Assembly: GCA_965222375.1 (NCBI GenBank) | Contig: CBDCTZ010000014.1 | Coordinates: forward strand, 480,001-544,000 | Reading direction: 5' to 3' | DNA: 64,000 nucleotides | Source of the DNA: Polyangiaceae bacterium | Lineage (GTDB): Bacteria; Myxococcota_A; Polyangia; Polyangiales; Polyangiaceae | Part shown: one piece after another, positions 60,511 to 64,000 of the stretch | Layout of the letters: the number at the start of each line of letters is the position of its first letter | How positions within the stretch are numbered: position 1 is the first letter of the stretch | Notes under the pieces: generated by a model | What the model was told of the DNA's origin: nothing | The model's database searches: none | What the model saw: only the letters and a program-made list of their open reading frames with translations | Program-made: the position numbers and the translations under genes

Positions 60511-61875
60511 TCACTCTTTGTCTTGGGGGCCGGCAAGGGAGGGCGGTGGCGGGAGGACCAGGGTTTTACGGTTGTCGTCATCATCCTCGAGATCGAAGAT
60601 TTCAGCGGTGATGTCTTCGGCCATCTCTTCTCGGGCGCTATTGAGTTCCCGATTCGTTTGGGCCAATCGATCTCCCAATACACCCAAGAACTGCCACAGC
60701 AGTTTGACCGCGAGCTGATGCTCTTTGCGCAGGATCTCGAAGAAATCCGTGCGGCGGACCACCATGAGCTCGCTGGGACCGTCGCTTACGACTGTCGCGG
60801 AACGCGGCTGCGCGCGAATCAGCGCCATCTCCCCAACGTGATCTCCGGGATTGAGGGTTGCCACCTGGGTGCCACCGGCAAGAACTTTCAGCTTGCCGTT
60901 GAGAACGATGAACAGCTCTTCACCGCGGTCCCCTTCCTGGATCACCTTGCCGCCATCCGTGTAGGGAGCCACATCCGTGACCGCGAGGACACGCAGGAGC
61001 TCACGGTCGTTCAAGGGTCGGAAGAGCGGCATCCGGGCCAACACGTCGCGCTTGCGCTGCAGTCGGGCAGCTCGCGGGTCGTCCCGCGCGCCCATTTCGC
61101 CCACCGTCACGACTACGGCGGTGATGTTGTCGCCGCCGCCCCGGTCGTTGGCCGCCCCCACCAGCGCTTTCACGGCGGCCTCGGCGTTTGGCATTGCCAC
61201 GAGCTGGCCTAGGCCGGCCATGTCGTCCTCGAAGTAACCGCTCAGGCCGTCCGTGCACAGCAAGAAGCGATCCCCAGCCACCACGTCCACCACCAGGGTG
61301 TCGGGTTCGCAGTGTTCGTAGACACCGACGGCTCGGGTCACTGCGTTCTTGGGCGCGAGCTTTTCGACCTTTTCTCGAGGGATCTTCTTGCGCTTGATCA
61401 GCTCGTTGTAGACGTTGTGGTCCTCAGTGAGCTGTTCGAGCATGTTGTTGCGCAGCAGATAGACCCGACTGTCACCCACATACGTGATGAAGGCCTCTTT
61501 CTCCGCCAGCAGTACGGATACGAGGGTCGTGCCCATGCCACGCTTCTTGGCGTCCTTGACGGCCTCGGCGTGCACCTTGCTTGATGCTCGGTTCACCGCG
61601 AACTCCAGCATGTGGATCAAGTCGCGCTTGCTCACTCGATCCGCGCCAGTCTTGCCTTCCAGATAGTCGCGAACGAGTTCGTGCTCGCGTTTGACCTCCT
61701 CGTGCACGGTGCGCACCGCGATGGCGCTGGCGACTTCACCGGCGGCGTGGCCCCCCATTCCGTCACACACCACGTACAACGAGAGCTTGGGGTCGACGAG
61801 GTAGTTGTCCTCGTTGTGGTCACGCTGCTTGCCAACATCGGTCAGCGCAGCAAACTGGGCCACGGGTTCGCTCAT
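60511..61875 (-). CDS. PP2C-type Ser/Thr phosphatase fused to a cNMP-binding domain
   Basis: TDVGKQRDHNED, CDGMGG, GDSR, CTDGL, GGGDN; GEMALIRAQPRSATV. Confidence 0.92.
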   Translation of the reverse strand: MSEPVAQFAALTDVGKQRDHNEDNYLVDPKLSLYVVCDGMGGHAAGEVASAIAVRTVHEEVKREHELVRDYLEGKTGADRVSKRDLIHMLEFAVNRASSKVHAEAVKDAKKRGMGTTLVSVLLAEKEAFITYVGDSRVYLLRNNMLEQLTEDHNVYNELIKRKKIPREKVEKLAPKNAVTRAVGVYEHCEPDTLVVDVVAGDRFLLCTDGLSGYFEDDMAGLGQLVAMPNAEAAVKALVGAANDRGGGDNITAVVVTVGEMGARDDPRAARLQRKRDVLARMPLFRPLNDRELLRVLAVTDVAPYTDGGKVIQEGDRGEELFIVLNGKLKVLAGGTQVATLNPGDHVGEMALIRAQPRSATVVSDGPSELMVVRRTDFFEILRKEHQLAVKLLWQFLGVLGDRLAQTNRELNSAREEMAEDITAEIFDLEDDDDNRKTLVLPPPPSLAGPQDKE

Positions 61876-61911
61876 TGCCAGCCGCACCATAGCGGACGCG
61901 GGTCTGGTCGG

Positions 61912-62568
61912 CTACCGCTCCTGTGGGCCACCCAGGATCGAACTCGCGCCGGATTTCGCCACAACGACGTGGTCCAACAGCGCAATGCCCACCACCTCGC
62001 AGGCTGCGGTCAGGGTTTTGGTCATGGCGACGTCCTCGGGGCTGGGGTCCGAAGCGCCACTAGGATGGTTATGGACGAGGATGATGCCCGAAGCGGCATC
62101 GCGCAGCGCCGGTGACAGGATGTCCTTGGGCGCGAGGGCGCAGCCGTGCAGCCCTCCGCGGGCCACGCGTCGTGCGGCGCAGAGGCCGTTTCGCCCATCT
62201 AGGCTGAGCATCCAGACCTCTTCGTGATCAAGTCCAGCTAAGCGTGGGCGCGCCCAACGAACGACGCAGTCAAAGCTCTCGATCACTTCCGGTACTACGT
62301 TCAAGTTCGCGAGTGCGTCCCGCCGGCCCAGCTCCATGGCTGCACTGAATCGACGCGCTTCTGTCCGGGTCAACACCCCTGAACGTCGAAGACCCCGCTC
62401 TCCGAGTCTCGCCAGGCCGCGGACGCCGCCGTGCTCTCTCAGAAGCTGGCGCACGCAGGGTAGCCGCGGGGAATCGAGCAGGGCGCTGACGAGTTCCGCA
62501 TCTGTCAATGCCTCCGCGCTGGTGCTTCGCCGCCGCCTTCGTCGGGTCTCAAAAACCGCGATGTCCAT
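61912..62568 (-). CDS. radC: RadC / JAB-domain protein
   Basis: AAMELGRR, HEE, HNHPSG..PSPED, LLDHVVV. Confidence 0.9.
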   Translation of the reverse strand: MDIAVFETRRRRRRSTSAEALTDAELVSALLDSPRLPCVRQLLREHGGVRGLARLGERGLRRSGVLTRTEARRFSAAMELGRRDALANLNVVPEVIESFDCVVRWARPRLAGLDHEEVWMLSLDGRNGLCAARRVARGGLHGCALAPKDILSPALRDAASGIILVHNHPSGASDPSPEDVAMTKTLTAACEVVGIALLDHVVVAKSGASSILGGPQER

Positions 62569-62668
62569 CGACACCTGCCAAGAGCACGGCGCATGCCAGT
62601 TGGAGTGCGTTGAAAAGGGCCCTCGGAGTTGGCTGTTCGCCAACGTTAGCCAGTGGCGATTCGCCAAC

Positions 62669-63412
62669 TCACTCGACCCGGACGCTGGCGCCAGCGGGCA
62701 ACAACGCAACGAATGCATCGAAAGCTGCGTTCACCCGTTCCTCGCGCCGGCCGTCGAAGGTCACCTTGGTCTTGTAGTTGTCGTCGAACCACTTCGGATA
62801 CGAGCCGAGATCGACCTCGTCGTGGGCGGCGACCACATCGTCGAGCAACGGCTTGAGAGCAGCTTCGTCCATCTTCGTGAAAACCGCCCGAGAGAAGAAC
62901 GGCTGCTCACCGCGCAGGTGCTCTCGTACGACCGCGAGCTTCATGCGAAAAATCTCAGGTACGCCGGGCAGGATCCATACGTTCTTGAACACGATGGTCG
63001 GCCATTTTACATCGCTGCCTTCGGTAAGCTCCGCGCCATCGGGTTTCAGCGCCATGCGCAGATGACCGTCGGTGAGCCTGTCACCATAGGCGTCAGACAA
63101 GAGTCGTCTCAGCTGTTCGTCGACTACCGGACTGACTCCGAAACCTTGGCTGATCCCCTGAATGGTTACGTCATCATGGGTAGGGCCGACACCGCCGCTC
63201 GTGAATACGACGCCGTGCCCATCACTGAGTTCTCGGGTCTCCTTGGCGATGACGTCGACCTCATCGGGAATCATTACAACTCGGCGCAATTGGATTCCCA
63301 GTGCTCGAAGCGTGCGCGCCAACTCGACCAAATTGGCCTCGTGCACTTTGCCGTTGAGCAGCTCATTGCCGATCAACAGCGCCGCGGCGTCCTGCACAAC
63401 CCGCTGGCTCAT
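62669..63412 (-). CDS. CinA N-terminal / molybdopterin-binding domain protein
   Basis: [25 protein letters not shown]. Confidence 0.88.
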   Translation of the reverse strand: MSQRVVQDAAALLIGNELLNGKVHEANLVELARTLRALGIQLRRVVMIPDEVDVIAKETRELSDGHGVVFTSGGVGPTHDDVTIQGISQGFGVSPVVDEQLRRLLSDAYGDRLTDGHLRMALKPDGAELTEGSDVKWPTIVFKNVWILPGVPEIFRMKLAVVREHLRGEQPFFSRAVFTKMDEAALKPLLDDVVAAHDEVDLGSYPKWFDDNYKTKVTFDGRREERVNAAFDAFVALLPAGASVRVE

Positions 63413-63675
63413 GACTTGTCTTCAAATTCGCGGGTCAGCGGCTTTCCGTCTTCGTCGATGCTCAGTAGCTGCTCGACGCGCTTTTCGGCGGCGTCCAATT
63501 TCGCTTGGCTTTTACGCGCCAAACATACGCCCTCTTCAAAAAGCTCCAGGGATTCTTCCAAGGGAAGTTCCCCCTCTTCGAGACGGTCGACGATCTGCGT
63601 CAGTCGTCGCATCTCGTCTTCGAAGCTCTGCGCTTCACCGGCTTTCGCGCGTTTCTTCTTGGTCTCCCCGGGCAC
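63409..63675 (-). CDS. xseB: Exodeoxyribonuclease VII small subunit
   Basis: [33 protein letters not shown]...AEKRV. Confidence 0.95.
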   Translation of the reverse strand: MPGETKKKRAKAGEAQSFEDEMRRLTQIVDRLEEGELPLEESLELFEEGVCLARKSQAKLDAAEKRVEQLLSIDEDGKPLTREFEDKS

Positions 63676-63678
63676 GGA

Positions 63679-64000
63679 TCACCTTCCCTTGACGCTGCCA
63701 CTTTGCGTGGACTGGTCAGGGGGTGCAAGCACCGCCCGAGAAGTTTCGAAGTCGACCATTCCTTCGGGAAACCCCATCGCCAAGACCGCCCCGTCCGGAT
63801 CGGAGACCAGTGGGATCGACAGGCCTGTCGGCGCACGAACCCCGACTGCCCGAACCGCCGGTGGCGCTCCTTCGACGCCCGTGAGCTGCGCCCAAATCGT
63901 ACCCGCGCCGCTTGGCCAGTTGGACAGGCCTCCGGCAGCCAGCGCGACTCGCGCTGCACCGCGTACCCTCGCGTCCGGATCCAAGGTGGCAGCGCGCTTG
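63679..64000 (-). CDS. C-terminal part of a hypothetical (HEAT-like) protein, truncated by the window
   Basis: DPDARVRGAA HEAT-like motif; frame open to the window edge. Confidence 0.55.
   Translation of the reverse strand, partial: KRAATLDPDARVRGAARVALAAGGLSNWPSGAGTIWAQLTGVEGAPPAVRAVGVRAPTGLSIPLVSDPDGAVLAMGFPEGMVDFETSRAVLAPPDQSTQSGSVKGR

Noticed and set aside
61912..62568. radC as a mobile-element marker
   Set aside because: Embedded in a housekeeping run (xseB, cinA-like) with no mobility genes.

Overview
GC-rich chromosomal region that looks myxobacterial (Myxococcota, probably Polyangia). This is inferred from a MYXO-CTERM protease, Gly-rich and Cys-rich lipoproteins and Hanks-type kinases. 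It holds core genes (uvrB, rplM-rpsI-argC, dnaK, udk, uppP, manC, pcm, radC, xseB), two tRNAs (Cys-GCA, Ala-CGC) and many secreted or signalling proteins. No CRISPR array, integrase or transposase was seen. Main observations: (1) a >435-codon minus-strand lipoprotein gene missing from the ORF track, whose start codon is put out of frame by a (CGCA)8 tract inside the signal peptide, i.e. a candidate phase-variable locus next to a MntA/HepT toxin-antitoxin pair; (2) about ten genes with a TAnnnT -10 box 6-9 nt before the start codon and no Shine-Dalgarno, suggesting widespread leaderless or near-leaderless expression; (3) unusual domain architectures: an MFS transporter with a PDZ-like insert, a MshEN/HD/REC/DUF4388 protein beside a RomY-like gene, a secreted deaminase-like amidohydrolase with TSP3 and OB-like domains, a lipid-anchored pilin-like domain, and a PP2C-cNMP fusion. 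Two single-base frameshifts (hepT, M18 aminopeptidase) could be assembly errors, which also tempers the SSR call. All family calls come from motif recognition by eye; no database searches were run.
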